A DNA stretch of 64,000 nucleotides from Tubulanus polymorphus (taxonomy: Eukaryota > Animalia > Nemertea), in contig NC_134033.1 of the NCBI RefSeq assembly GCF_964204645.1, positions 13,462,655 through 13,526,654 of the forward strand. The letters are read 5' to 3'. Shown piece after piece: positions 15,001 to 30,000 of the stretch. The position numbers and the translations under genes are program-made. Every line of letters starts with the position of its first letter. Positions within the stretch are counted from its first letter, which is position 1. The notes below the pieces were generated by a model. That model searched no databases. It was not told where the DNA came from and saw nothing but the letters and a program-made list of their open reading frames with translations.

Positions 15001-18000
15001 GCTGACAGTCGAGGATGAAGTAGACGAATCCGTTGGTGATGTCGTATCGGTACTCGCCGAGGTCGATGTGTCTACCGTAGTGGAGCTGACAGTCGAGGAT
15101 GAAGTAGACGAATCCGTTGGTGATGTCGTATCGGTACTCGCCGAGGTCGATGTGTCTACCGTAGAGGAGCTTACAGTCGAGGATGAAGTCGACGAATCCG
15201 TTGGTGTTGTCGTCTCGGTGCTTAGCGAGGTCGATGTGTCTACCGTAGTTGATGTGTCAGTCGAGGATGAAGTAGACGAATCCGTTGGTGATGTCGTATC
15301 GGTGCTCGCCGAGGTCGATGTGTCTACCGTAGTGGAGGTGTCAGTCGGGGACGAAGTCGACGATACCGTTGGTGATGTCGTCTCGATGCTCGACGATGTA
15401 GATGTGTCTACCGTAGTAGAGGTGTCAGTCGTGGACGAAGTAGACGAATCCGTTGGTGATGTCGTCTCGATGCTCGACGATGTAGATGTCTCTACCGTAG
15501 TAGAGGTGTCAGTCGTGGACGAAGTAGACGAATCCGTTGGTGATGTCGTATCGGTACTCGCCGAGGTCGATGTGTCTACCGTAGTGGAGCTTGCAGTCGA
15601 GGATGAAGTCGATGAATCCATCGGTGTTGTCGTCTCGGTGCTCGCCGAGGTCGATGTGTCTACCGTAGTGGAGCTGACAGTCGAGGAAGAAGTAGACGAA
15701 TCCGTTGTTAAGGTCGTATCGGTACTCGCCGAGGTCGATGTGTCTACCGTAGTGGAGCTGACAGTCGAGGAAGAAGTAGACGAATCCGTTGTTAAGGTCG
15801 TATCGGTACTCGCCGAGGTCGATGTGTCTACCGTAGTGGAGCTGACCGTCGAGGAAGAAGTAGAAGAATCCGTTGTTAAGGTCGTATCGGTACTCGCCGA
15901 GGTCGATGTGTCTACCGTAGTGGAGCTGACAGTCGTGGATGAAGTCGACGAATCCGTTGGTGTTGTCGTCTCGGTGCTCACCGAGGTCGATATGTCTACC
16001 GTAGTGGAGGTGTCAGTCGAGGACGAAGTAGACGAATCCGTTGGTGATGTCGTCTCTGTGCTCGACGAGGTCGATGTGTCTACCGTAGTGGATATGTCAG
16101 TCGAGGAAGAAGTAGACGAATCCGTTGTTAAGGTCGTATCGGTACTCGCCGAGTTCGATGTGTCTACCGTAGTGAAGCTGACAGTAGAGGATGAAGTCGA
16201 CGAATCCGTTGGTGTTGACGTCTCGGTGCTCACCGAGGTCGATGTGTCTATCGTAGTGGATGTGTCAGTCGAGGATGCAGTAGACGAATCTGTTGATGAT
16301 GTCGTATCGGTACTCGCCGAGTTCGATGTGTCTACCGTAGTGGAGCTGACAGTCGAGGATGAAGTCGACGAATCCGTTGGTGTTGTCGTCGCGGTGCTCA
16401 CCGAGGTCGATGTGTCTACCGTAGTTGATGTGTCAGTCGAGGACGAAGTAGACGAATCCGTTGGTGATGTCGTATCGGTACTCGCCGAGGTCGATGTGTC
16501 TACCGTAGTGGAGCTGACAGTCGAGGACGAAGTAGACGAATCCATTGGTGATGTCGTCTCGGTGCTTACCGAGGTCGATGTGTCTACCGTAGTGGAGGTA
16601 TCAGTCGAGGACGAAGTAGACGAATCCGTTGGTGATGTCGTCTCGGTGCTCACCGTGGTCGACGTGTCTACCGTAGTGGATGTGTCAGTCGAGGATGAAG
16701 TAGACGAATCCGTTGGTGATGTCGTATCGGTACTCGCCGAGGTCGATGTGTCTATCGTAGTTGAGCTGACAGTCGAGGATGTAGTCGACGAATCCGTTGG
16801 TGATGTCGTATCGGTACCCGCCGAGGTCGATGTGTCTACCGTAGTGGAGCTGACAGTCGAGGACGAAGTTGGTGTTGTCGTCTCGGTGCTCACCGAGGTC
16901 GATGTGTCTACCGTAGTGGAGGTATCAGTCGAGGACGAAGTAGACGAATCCGTTGGTGATGTCGTCTCGGTGCTCGCCGATGTCGATGTATCAACCGTAG
17001 AGGCGCTGACAGTTGAGGATGAAGTAGACGAATCCGTTGGTGATGTCGTCTCGGTGCTAGCCGATGTCGATGTGTCTACCGTAGTGGAGCTGACAGTCGA
17101 GGATGAAGTAGACGAATCCGTTGGTGATGTCGTCCAGGTGCTCGCCGAGGTCGATGTGTCTACCGTAGTGGAGGTGTCAGTCGAGGACGAAGTCGACGAA
17201 TCCGTTGTTAAGGTCGTATCGGTGCTCACCGAGGTCGATGTGTCTACCGTAGTTGATGTGTCAGTCGAGGATGAAGTAGACGAATCCGTTGGTGATGTCG
17301 TCTCGGTGCTCGCCGATGTCGATGTGTCTACCGTAGAGGCGCTGACAGTCGAGGATGAAGTAGACGAATCCGTTGGTGATGTCGTCTCAGTGCTCACCGA
17401 GGTCGATGTGTCTACCGTAGTTGATGTGTCAGTCGAGGATGAAGTAGACGAATCCGTTGGTGATGTCGTCTCGGTGCTAGCCGATGTCGATGTGTCTACC
17501 GTAGTGGAGCTGACAGTCGAGGATGAAGTAGACGAATCCGTTGGTGATGTCGTCCAGGTGCTCGCCGAGGTCGATGTGTCTACCGTAGTGGAGGTGTCAG
17601 TCGAGGACGAAGTCGACGAATCCGTTGGTGATGTCGTCTCGGTGCTCACCGAGGTCGATGTGTCTACCGTACTTGATGTGTCAGTCGAGGATGAAGTAGA
17701 CGAATCCGTTGGTGATGTCGTATCGGTACTCGCCGAGGTCGATGTGTCTACCGTAGTGGAGCTGACAGTCGAGGACGAAGTAGACGAATCCGTTGGTGAT
17801 GTCGTCTCGGTGCTCACCGAGGTCGATGTGTCTACCGTAGTGGAGGTATCAGTCGAGGACGAAGTAGACGAATCCGTTGGTGATGTCGTCTCGGTGCTCA
17901 CCGAGGTCGACGTGTCTACCGTAGTGGATGTGTCAGTCGAGGATGAAGTAGACGAATCCGTTGGTGATGTCGTATCGGTACTCGCCGAGGTCGATGTGTC

Positions 18001-21000
18001 TATCGTAGTTGAGCTGACAGTCGAGGATGTAGTCGACGAATCCGTTGGTGATGTCGTATCAGTACTCGCCGAGGTCGATGTGTCTACCGTAGTGGAGCTG
18101 ACAGTCGAGGATGAAGTCGACGAATCCGTTGGTGTTGTCGTCTCGGTGCTCACCGATGTCGATGTGTCTACCGTAGTTGATGTGTCAGTCGAGGATGAAG
18201 TAGACGAATCCGTTGGTGATGTCGTATCGGTACTCGCCGAGGTCGATGTGTCTACCGTAGTGGAGCTGACAGTCGAGGACGAAGTAGACGAATCCGTTGG
18301 TGATGTCGTCTCGGTGCTCACCGAGGTCGATGTGTCTACCGTAGTGGAGGTATCAGTCGAGGACGAAGTAGACGAATCCGTTGGTGATGTCGTCTCGGTG
18401 CTCACCGAGGTCGACGTGTCTACCGTAGTGGATGTGTCAGTCGAGGATGAAGTAGACGAATCCGTTGGTGATGTCGTATCGGTACTCGCCGAGGTCGATG
18501 TGTCTATCGTAGTTGAGCTGACAGTCGAGGATGTAGTCGACGAATCCGTTGGTGATGTCGTATCGGTACTCGCCGAGGTCGATGTGTCTACCGTAGTGGA
18601 GCTGACAGTCGAGGATGAAGTCGACGAATCCGTTGGTGTTGTCGTCTCGGTGCTCACCGATGTCGATGTGTCTACTGTAGTTGATGTGACAGTCGAGGAC
18701 GAAGTAGACGAATCCGTTGGTGATGTCGTCTCGGTGCTCGCGGATGTTGATGTGTCCACCGTGGTGGATGTGTCAGTCGGGGACGAAGTAAACGAAGCCG
18801 TTGGTGTTGTCGTCTCGGTGCTCACCGAGGTCGATGTGTCTACCGTAGTGTAGGTATCAGTCGAGGACGAAGTAGACGAATCCGTTGGTGTTGTCGTCTC
18901 GGTGCTCACCGTGGTCGATGTGTCTACCGTAGTGGATGTGTCAGTCGTGGATGAAGTAGACGAATCCGTTGGTGATGTCGTATCGGTACTCGCCGAGGTC
19001 GATGTGTCTACCGTAGTGGAGCTGACAGTCGAGGATGAAGTCGACGAATCCGTTGGTGTTGTCGTCTCGGTGCTCACCGAGGTCGATGTGTCTACCGTAG
19101 TTGATGTGTCAGTCGAGGATGAAGTAGACGAATCCGTTGGTGATGTCGTCTCGGTGCTAGCCGATGTCGATGTGTCTACCGTAGTGGAGCTGACAGTCGA
19201 GGATGAAGTAGACGAATCCGTTGGTGATGTCGTCCAGGTGCTCGCCGAGGTCGATGTGTCTACCGTAGTGGAGGTGTCAGTCGAGGACGAAGTCGACGAA
19301 TCCGTTGTTAAGGTCGTATCGGTACTAGCCGAGGTCGATGTGTCTACCGTAGTTGATGTGTCAGTCGAGGATGAAGTAGACGAATCCGTTGGTGATGTCG
19401 TCTCGGTGCTCGCCGATGTCGATGTGTCTACCGTAGAGGCGCTGACAGTCGAGGATGAAGTAGACGAATCCGTTGGTGATGTCGTCTCAGTGCTCACCGA
19501 GGTCGATGTGTCTACCGTAGTTGATGTGTCAGTCGAGGATGAAGTAGACGAATCCGTTGGTGATGTCGTCTCGGTGCTAGCCGATGTCGATGTGTCTACC
19601 GTAGTGGAGCTGACAGTCGAGGATGAAGTAGACGAATCCGTTGGTGATGTCGTCCAGGTGCTCGCCGAGGTCGATGTGTCTACCGTAGTGGAGGTGTCAG
19701 TCGAGGACGAAGTCGACGAATCCGTTGGTGATGTCGTCTCGGTGCTCACCGAGGTCGATGTGTCTACCGTAGTTGATGTGTCAGTCGAGGATGAAGTAGA
19801 CGAATCCGTTGGTGATGTCGTATCGGTACTCGCCGAGGTCGATGTGTCTACCGTAGTGGAGCTGACAGTCGAGGACGAAGTAGACGAATCCGTTGGTGAT
19901 GTCGTCTCGGTGCTCACCGAGGTCGATGTGTCTACCGTAGTGGAGGTATCAGTCGAGGACGAAGTAGACGAATCCGTTGGTGATGTCGTCTCGGTGCTCA
20001 CTGAGGTCGACGTGTCTACCGTAGTGGATGTGTCAGTCGAGGATGAAGTAGACGAATCCGTTGGTGATGTCGTATCGGTACTCGCCGAGGTCGATGTGTC
20101 TATCGTAGTTGAGCTGACAGTCGAGGATGTAGTCGACGAATCCGTTGGTGATGTCGTATCGGTACTCGCCGAGGTCGATGTGTCTACCGTAGTGGAGCTG
20201 ACAGTCGAGGATGAAGTCGACGAATCCGTTGGTGATGTCGTCTCGGTGCTCACCGAGGTCGATGTGTCTACCGTAGTTGATGTGTCAGTCGAGGATGAAG
20301 TAGACGAATCCGTTGGTGATGTCGTATCGGTACTCGCCGAGGTCGATGTGTCTACCGTAGTGGAGCTGACAGTCGAGGACGAAGTAGACGAATCCGTTGG
20401 TGATGTCGTCTCGGTGCTCACCGAGGTCGATGTGTCTACCGTAGTGGAGGTATCAGTCGAGGACGAAGTAGACGAATCCGTTGGTGATGTCGTCTCGGTG
20501 CTCACTGAGGTCGACGTGTCTACCGTAGTGGATGTGTCAGTCGAGGATGAAGTAGACGAATCCGTTGGTGATGTCGTATCGGTACTCGCCGAGGTCGATG
20601 TGTCTATCGTAGTTGAGCTGACAGTCGAGGATGTAGTCGACGAATCCGTTGGTGATGTCGTATCGGTACTCGCCGAGGTCGATGTGTCTACCGTAGTGGA
20701 GCTGACAGTCGAGGATGAAGTCGACGAATCCGTTGGTGTTGTCGTCTCGGTGCTCACCGATGTCGATGTGTCTACCGTAGTTGATGTGTCAGTCGAGGAT
20801 GAAGTAGACGAATCCGTTGGTGATGTCGTATCGGTACTCGCCGAGGTCGACGTGTCTACCGTAGTGGAGCTGACAGTCGAGGACGAAGTAGACGAATCCG
20901 TTGGTGATGTCGTCTCGGTGCTCACCGAGGTCGATGTGTCTACCGTAGTGGAGGTATCAGTCGAGGACGAAGTAGACGAATCCGTTGGTGATGTCGTCTC

Positions 21001-24000
21001 GGTGCTCACCGAGGTCGACGTGTCTACCGTAGTGGATGTGTCAGTCGAGGATGAAGTAGACGAATCCGTTGGTGATGTCGTATCGGTACTCGCCGAGGTC
21101 AATGTGTCTATCGTAGTTGAGCTGACAGTCGAGGATGTAGTCGACGAATCCGTTGGTGATGTCGTATCGGTACTCGCCGAGGTCGATGTGTCTACCGTAG
21201 TGGAGCTGACAGTCGAGGATGAAGTCGACGAATCCGTTGGTGTTGTCGTCTCGGTGCTCACCGATGTCGATGTGTCTACTGTAGTTGATGTGACAGTCGA
21301 GGACGAAGTAGACGAATCCGTTGGTGATGTCGTCTCGGTGCTCGCGGATGTTGATGTGTCCACCGTGGTGGATGTGTCAGTCGGGGACGAAGTAAACGAA
21401 TCCGTTGGTGATGTCGTCTCGGTGCTCGCCGATGTTGATGTGTCCACCGTAGTGGAAGTGTCAGTCGAGGACGATGTAGACGAATCCGTTGGTGATGTCG
21501 TCTCGGTGCTCGCCGATGTTGATGTGTCCACCGTAGTGGAGGTATCAGTCGAGGACGAAGTAGACGAATCCGTTGCTGATGTCTTCTCGGTGCTCGACGA
21601 GGTCGATGTATCTACCGTAGAGGCGCTGACAGTCGAGGATGAAGTAGACGAATCCGTTGGTGATGTCGTATCGGTACTCGCCGAGGACGATGTGTCTACC
21701 GTAGTGGAGCTGACAGTCGAGGATGAAGTAGACGAATCCGTTGGTGATGTCGTGTCGGTGCTCGCCGAGGTCGATGTGTCTACCGTAGTGGTGGTGTCAG
21801 TCGAAGACGAAGTAGACGAATCCGTTGGTGTTGTCGTCTCGGTGCTCACCGAGGTCGATGTGTCTACCGTAGAGGCGCTGACAGTCGAGGATGTAGTCGA
21901 CGAATCCGTTGGTGTTGTCGTATCGGTACTCGCCGAGGTCGATGTGTCTACCGTAGAGGAGCTTACAGTCGAGGATGAAGTCGACGAATCCGTTGGTGTT
22001 GTCGTCTCAGTGCTCACCGAGGTCGATGTGTCTACCGTAGTTGATGTGTCAGTCGAGGATGAAGTAGACGAATCCGTTGGTGATGTCGTCTCGGTGCTAG
22101 CCGACGTCGATGTGTCTACCGTAGTGGAGCTGACAGTCGAGGATGAAGTAGACGAATCCGTTGGTGATGTCGTATCGGTGCTCGCAGAGGTCGATGTGTC
22201 TACCTTAGTGGAGGTGTCAGTCGAGGACGAAGTAGACGAATCCGTTGGTGATGTCGTCTCGGTACTCGCCGATGTTGATGTCTCCACCGTAGTGGAGGTT
22301 TCAGTCGAGGACGAAGTAGACGAATCCGTTGTTGAGGTCGTATCGGTACTCACCGAGGTCGATGTGTCTACCGTAGTGGAGCTGACAGTCGGGGACGAAG
22401 TAGACGAATCAGTTGCTGATGTCGTCTCGATGCTCGACGATGTAGATGTGTCTACCGTAGTAGAGGTGTCAGTCGTGGACGAAGTAGACGAATCCGTTGG
22501 TGATGTCGTATCGGTGCTCGCCGAGGTCGATGTGTCTACCGTAGTGGAGGTGTCAGTCGAAGATAAAGTAGACGAATCCGTTGCTGATGTCGTCTCGGTG
22601 CTCACCGATGTCGATGTGTCTACCGTAGTGGTGTCAGTCGAGGACGAAGTAGACGAATCGGTTGGTGATGTCGTCACGGTGCTCGACGAGGTAGATGTGT
22701 CTACCGAATTTGAGCTGACAGTCGAGGACGTAGTAGACAAATCCGTTGTTAAGGTCGTATCGGTACTCGCCGAGGTCGATGTGTCTACCGTAGTGGAGCT
22801 GACAGTCGAGGATAAAGTCGACGAATCCGTTGGTGTTGTCGTCTCGGTGCTCACCGAGGTCGAAGTGTCTACCGTAGTGGAGGTGTCAGTCGAGGATGAA
22901 GTAGACGAATCCGTTGGTGATGTCGTCTCGGCGCTCGCCGATGTTGATGTGTCCACCGTAGTGGAGGTGTCAGTCGAGGACGAAGTAGACGAATCCGTTG
23001 CTGATTTCGTCTCGGTGCTCGACGAGGTCGATGTGTCTACAGTAGTTGAGCTGACAGTCGAGGACAAAGTAGACGAATCCGTCGGTGATGTCGTGTCGGT
23101 GTTCGCCGAGGTCGATGTGTCTACCGTAGTGGAGCTGACAGTCGAGGATGTAGTCGACGAATCCGTTGGTGTTGTCGTATCGGTACTAGCCGAGGTCGAT
23201 GTGTCTACCGTAGAGGAGCTTACAGTCGAGGATGAAGTAGACGAATCCGTTGATGATGTCGTATCGGTACTCGCCGAGGTCGATGTGTCTACCGTAGTGG
23301 AGCTGACAGTCGAGGACGAAGTAGACGAAGCCGTTGGTGTTGTCGTCTCGGTGCTCACCGAGGTCGATGTGTCTACCGTAGTGGAGGTATCAGTCGAGGA
23401 CGAAGTAGACGAATCCGTTGGTGTTGTCGTCTCGGTGCTCACCGTGGTCGATGTGTCTACCGTAGTGGATGTGTCAGTCGTGGATGAAGTAGACGAATCC
23501 GTTGGTGATGTCGTATCGGTACTCGCCGAGGTCGATGTGTCTACTGTAGTGGAGCTGACAGTCGAGGATGAAGTCGACGAATCCGTTGGTGTTGTCGTCT
23601 CGGTGCTCACCGAGGTCGATGTGTCTACCGTAGTTGATGTGTCAGTCGAAGACGAAGTAGACGAATCTGTTGGTGATGTCGTATCGGTACTCGCCGAGGT
23701 CGATGTGTCTACCGTAGTGGAGCTGACAGTCGAGGACGAAGTAGACGAATCCGTTGGTGATGTCGTATCGGTACTCGCCGAGGTCGATGTGTCTACCGTA
23801 GTGGAGCTGACAGTCGAGGATGAAGTCGACGAATCCGTTGGTGTTGTCGTCTCGGTGCTCACCGAGGTCGATGTGTCTACCGTAGTTGATGTGTCAGTCG
23901 AGGATGAAGTAGACGAATCCGTTGGTGATGTCGTCTCGGTGCTAGCCGATGTCGATGTGTCTACCGTAGTGGAGCTGACAGTCGAGGATGAAGTAGACGA

Positions 24001-27000
24001 ATCCGTTGGTGATGTCGTCCAGGTGCTCGCCGAGGTCGATGTGTCTACCGTAGTGGAGGTGTCAGTCGAGGACGAAGTCGACGAATCCGTTGTTAAGGTC
24101 GTATCGGTGCTCACCGAGGTCGATGTGTCTACCGTAGTTGATGTGTCAGTCGAGGATGAAGTAGACGAATCCGTTGGTGATGTCGTCTCGGTGCTCGCCG
24201 ATGTCGATGTGTCTACCGTAGAGGCGCTGACAGTCGAGGATGAAGTAGACGAATCCGTTGGTGATGTCGTCTCAGTGCTCACCGAGGTCGATGTGTCTAT
24301 CGTAGTGGAGCTGACAGTCGAGGATGAAGTAGACGAATCCGTTGTTAAGGTCGTATCGGTGCTCGCCGAGGTCGATGTGTCTACCGTAGTTGATGTGTCA
24401 GTCGAGGATGAAGTAGACGAATCCGTTGGTGATGTCGTCTCGGTGCTAGCCGATGTCGATGTGTCTACCGTAGTGGAGCTGACAGTCGAGGATGAAGTAG
24501 ACGAATCCGTTGGTGATGTCGTCCAGGTGCTCGCCGAGGTCGATGTGTCTACCGTAGTGGAGGTGTCAGTCGAGGACGAAGTCGACGAATCCGTTGGTGA
24601 TGTCGTCTCGGTGCTCACCGAGGTCGATGTGTCTACCGTAGTTGATGTGTCAGTCGAGGATGAAGTAGACGAATCCGTTGGTGATGTCGTATCGGTACTC
24701 GCCGAGGTCGATGTGTCTACCGTAGTGGAGCTGACAGTCGAGGACGAAGTAGACGAATCCGTTGGTGATGTCGTCTCGGTGCTCACCGAGGTCGATGTGT
24801 CTACCGTAGTGGAGGTATCAGTCGAGGACGAAGTAGACGAATCCGTTGGTGATGTCGTCTCGGTGCTCACCGAGGTCGACGTGTCTACCGTAGTGGATGT
24901 GTCAGTCGAGGATGAAGTAGACGAATCCGTTGGTGATGTCGTATCGGTACTCGCCGAGGTCGATGTGTCTATCGTAGTTGAGCTGACAGTCGAGGATGTA
25001 GTCGACGAATCCGTTGGTGATGTCGTATCGGTACTCGCCGAGGTCGATGTGTCTACCGTAGTGGAACTGACAGTCGAGGATGAAGTCGACGAATCCGTTG
25101 GTGTTGTCGTCTCGGTGCTCACCGATGTCGATGTGTCTACTGTAGTTGATGTGACAGTCGAGGACGAAGTAGACGAATCCGTTGGTGATGTCGTCTCGGT
25201 GCTCGCGGATGTTGATGTGTCCACCGTGGTGGATGTGTCAGTCGGGGACGAAGTAAACGAATCCGTTGGTGATGTCGTCTCGGTGCTCGCCGATGTTGAT
25301 GTGTCCACCGTAGTGGAAGTGTCAGTCGAGGACGATGTAGACGAATCCGTTGGTGATGTCGTCTCGGTGCTCGCCGATGTTGATGTGTCCACCGTAGTGG
25401 AGGTGTCAGTCGAGGACGAAGTAGACGAATCCGTTGCTGATGTCTTCTCGGTGCTCGACGAGGTCGATGTATCTACCGTAGAGGCGCTGACAGTCGAGGA
25501 TGAAGTAGACGAATCCGTTGGTGATGTCGTATCGGTACTCGCCGAGGACGATGTGTCTACCGTAGTGGAGCTGACAGTCGAGGATGAAGTAGACGAATCC
25601 GTTGGTGATGTCGTGTCGGTGCTCGCCGAGGTCGATGTGTCTACCGTAGTGGTGGTGTCAGTCGAAGACGAAGTAGACGAATCCGTTGGTGTTGTCGTCT
25701 CGGTGCTCACCGAGGTCGATGTGTCTACCGTAGAGGCGCTGACAGTCGAGGATGTAGTCGACGAATCCGTTGGTGTTGTCGTATCGGTACTCGCCGAGGT
25801 CGATGTGTCTACCGTAGAGGAGCTTACAGTCGAGGATGAAGTCGACGAATCCGTTGGTGTTGTCGTCTCAGTGCTCACCGAGGTCGATGTGTCTACCGTA
25901 GTTGATGTGTCAGTCGAGGATGAAGTAGACGAATCCGTTGGTGATGTCGTCTCGGTGCTGGCCGACGTCGATGTGTCTACCGTAGTGGAGCTGACAGTCG
26001 AGGATGAAGTAGACGAATCCGTTGGTGATGTCGTATCGGTGCTCGCAGAGGTCGATGTGTCTACCTTAGTGGAGGTGTCAGTCGAGGACGAAGTAGACGA
26101 ATCCGTTGATGATGTCGTCTCGGTACTCGCCGATGTTGATGTGTCCACCGTAGTGGAGGTTTCAGTCGAGGACGAAGTAGACGAATCCGTTGTTGAGGTC
26201 GTATCGGTACTCACCGAGGTCGATGTGTCTACCGTAGTGGAGCTGACAGTCGGGGACGAAGTAGACGAATCAGTTGCTGATGTCGTCTCGATGCTCGACG
26301 ATGTAGATGTGTCTACCGTAGTAGAGGTGTCAGTCGAGGACGAAGTAGACGAATCCGTTGGTGATGTCGTATCGGTGCTCGCCGAGGTCGATGTGTCTAC
26401 CGTAGTGGAGGTGTCAGTCGAAGATGAAGTAGACGAATCCGTTGCTGATGTCGTCTCGGTGCTCACCGATGTCGATGTGTCTACCGTAGTGGTGTCAGTC
26501 GAGGACGAAGTAGACGAATCGGTTGGTGATGTCGTCACGGTGCTCGACGAGGTAGATGTGTCTACCGAATTTGAGCTGACAGTCGAGGACGTAGTAGACA
26601 AATCCGTTGTTAAGGTCGTATCGGTACTCGCCGAGGTCGATGTGTCTACCGTAGTGGAGCTGACAGTCGAGGATAAAGTCGACGAATCCGTTGGTGTTGT
26701 CGTCTCGGTGCTCACCGAGGTCGAAGTGTCTACCGTAGTGGAGGTGTCAGTCGAGGATGAAGTAGACGAATCCGTTGGTGATGTCGTCTCGGCGCTCGCC
26801 GATGTTGATGTGTCCACCGTAGTGGAGGTGTCAGTCGAGGACGAAGTAGACGAATCCGTTGCTGATTTCGTCTCGGTGCTCGACGAGGTCGATGTGTCTA
26901 CAGTAGTTGAGCTGACAGTCGAGGACAAAGTAGACGAATCCGTCGGTGATGTCGTGTCGGTGTTCGCCGAGGTCGATGTGTCTACCGTAGTGGAGCTGAC

Positions 27001-30000
27001 AGTCGAGGATGTAGTCGACGAATCCGTTGGTGTTGTCGTATCGGTACTAGCCGAGGTCGATGTGTCTACCGTAGAGGAGCTTACAGTCGAGGATGAAGTC
27101 GACGAATCCGTTGGTGTTGTCGTCTCGGTGGTCACCGAGGTCGATGTGTCTACCGTAGTTGATGTGTCAGTCGAGGATGAAGTAGACGAATCCGTTGGTG
27201 ATGTCGTATCGGTACTCGCCGAGGTCGATGTGTCTACCGTAGTGGAGCTGACAGTCGAGGACGAAGTAGACGAAGCCGTTGGTGTTGTCGTCTCGGTGCT
27301 CACCGAGGTCGATGTGTCTACCGTAGTGGAGGTATCAGTCGAGGACGAAGTAGACGAATCCGTTGGTGTTGTCGTCTCGGTGCTCACCGTGGTCGATGTG
27401 TCTACCGTAGTGGATGTGTCAGTCGTGGATGAAGTAGACGAATCCGTTGGTGATGTCGTATCGGTACTCGCCGAGGTCGATGTGTCTATCGTAGTTGAGC
27501 TGACAGTCGAGGATGTACTCGACGAATCCGTTGGTGATGTCGTATCGGTACTCGCCGAGGTCGATGTGTCTACCGTAGTGGAGCTGACAGTCGAGGATGA
27601 AGTAGACGAATCCGTTGGTGATGTCGTCTCAGTGCTCACCGAGGTCGATGTGTCTACCGTAGTTGATGTGTCAGTCGAGGATGAAGTAGACGAATCCGTT
27701 GGTGATGTCGTCTCGGTGCTAGCCGATGTCGATGTGTCTACCGTAGTGGAGCTGACAGTCGAGGATGAAGTAGACGAATCCGTTGGTGATGTCGTCCAGG
27801 TGCTCGCCGAGGTCGATGTGTCTACCGTAGTGGAGGTGTCAGTCGAGGACGAAGTCGACAAATCCGTTGTTAAGGTCGTATCGGTGCTCACCGACGTCGA
27901 TGTGTCTATCGTAGTGGAGGTGTCAGTCGAGGACGAGGTAGACGAATCCGTTGTAAAGGTCGTATCGGTGCTCGCCGAGGTCGATGTGTCTATCGTAGTG
28001 GAGCTTACAGTCGAGGATGAAGTCGACGAATCCGTTGGTGTTGTCGTCTCAGTGCTCACCGAGGTCGATGTGTCTACCGTAGTTGATGTGTCAGTCGAGG
28101 ATGAAGTAGACAAATCCGTTGGTGATGTCGTCTCGGTGCTAGCCGATGTCGATGTGTCTACCGTAGTGGTGGTGTCAGTCGAAGACGAAGTAGACGAATC
28201 CGTTGGTGTTGTCGTCTCGGTGCTCACTGAGGTCGATGTGTCTACCGTAGAGGCGCTGACAGTCGAGGATGTAGTCGACGAATCCGTTGGTGTTGTCGTA
28301 TCGGTACTCGCCGAGGTCGATGTGTCTACCGTAGAGGAGCTTACAGTCGAGGATGAAGTCGACGAATCCGTTGGTGTTGTCGTCTCAGTGCTCACCGAGG
28401 TCGATGTGTCTACCGTAGTTGATGTGTCAGTCGAGGATGAAGTAGACAAATCCGTTGGTGATGTCGTCTCGGTGCTAGCCGATGTCGATGTGTCTACCGT
28501 AGTGGAGCTGACAGTCGAGGATGAAGTAGACGAATCCGTTGGTGATGTCGTATCGGTGCTCGCAGAGGTCGATGTGTCTACCTTAGTGGAGGTGTCAGTC
28601 GAGGACGAAGTAGACGAATCCGTTGGTGATGTCGTCTCGGTACTCGCCGATGTTGATGTGTCCACCGTAGTGGAGGTTTCAGTCGAGGACGAAGTAGACG
28701 AATCCGTTGTTGAGGTCGTATCGGTACTCACCGAGGTCGATGTGTCTACCGTAGTGGAGCTGACAGTCGGGGACGAAGTAGACGAATCCGTTGCTGATGT
28801 CGTCTCGATGCTCGACGATGTAGATGTGTCTACCGTAGTAGAGGTGTCAGTCGTGGACGAAGTAGACGAATCCGTTGGTGATGTCGTATCGGTGCTCGCC
28901 GAGGTCGATGTGTCTACCGTAGTGGAGGTGTCAGTCGAAGATGAAGTAGACGAATCCGTTGCTGATGTCGTCTCGGTGCTCACCGATGTCGATGTGTCTA
29001 CCGTAGTGGTGTCAGTCGAGGACGAAGTAGACGAATCGGTTGGTGATGTCGTCACGGTGCTCGACGAGGTAGATGTGTCTACCGAATTTGAGCTGACAGT
29101 CGAGGACGTAGTAGACAAATCCGTTGTTAAGGTCGTATCGGTACTCGCCGAGGTCGATGTGTCTACCGTAGTGGAGCTGACAATCGAGGATAAAGTCGAC
29201 GAATCCGTTGGTGTTGTCGTCTCGGTGCTCACCGAGGTCGATGTGTCTATCGTAGTGGATGTGTCTGTCGAGGATGAAGTAGACGAATCCGTTGGTGATG
29301 TCGTATCGGTACTCGCCGAGGTCGATGTGTCTACCGTAGAGGAGCTTACAGTCGAGGATGAAGTCGACGAATGCGTTGGTGTTGTCGTCTCAGTGCTCAC
29401 CGAGGTCGATGTGTCTACCGTAGTTGATGTGTCAGTCGAGGATGAAGTAGACGAATCCGTTGGTGATGTCGTCTCGATGCTAGCCGATGTCGATGTGTCT
29501 ACTGTAGTGGAGCTGACAGTCGAGGATGAAATAGACGAATCCGTTGGTGATGTCGTATCGGTGCTCGCAGAGGTCGATGTGTCTACCGTAGTGGAGGTGT
29601 CAGTCGAGGACGAAGTAGACGAATCCGTTGGTGATGTCGTCTCGATACTCGCCGATGTTGATGTGTCCACCGTAGTGGAGGTTTCAGTCGAGGACGAAGT
29701 AGACGAATCCGTTGTTGAGGTCGTATCGGTACTCACCGAGGTCGATGTGTCTACCGTAGACGAGCTGACAGTCGAGGATGAAGTAGACGAATCCGTTGGT
29801 GATGTCGTATCGGTACTCGCCGAGGTCGATGTGTCTACCGTAGTGGAGCTGACAGTCGAGGATGAAGTAGACGAATCCGTTGGTGATGTCGTATCGGTAC
29901 TCGCCGAGGTCGATGTGTCTACCGTAGAGGAGCTTACAGTCGAGGATGAAGTCGACGAATCCGTTGGTGTTGTCGTCTCGGTGCTTAGCGAGGTCGATGT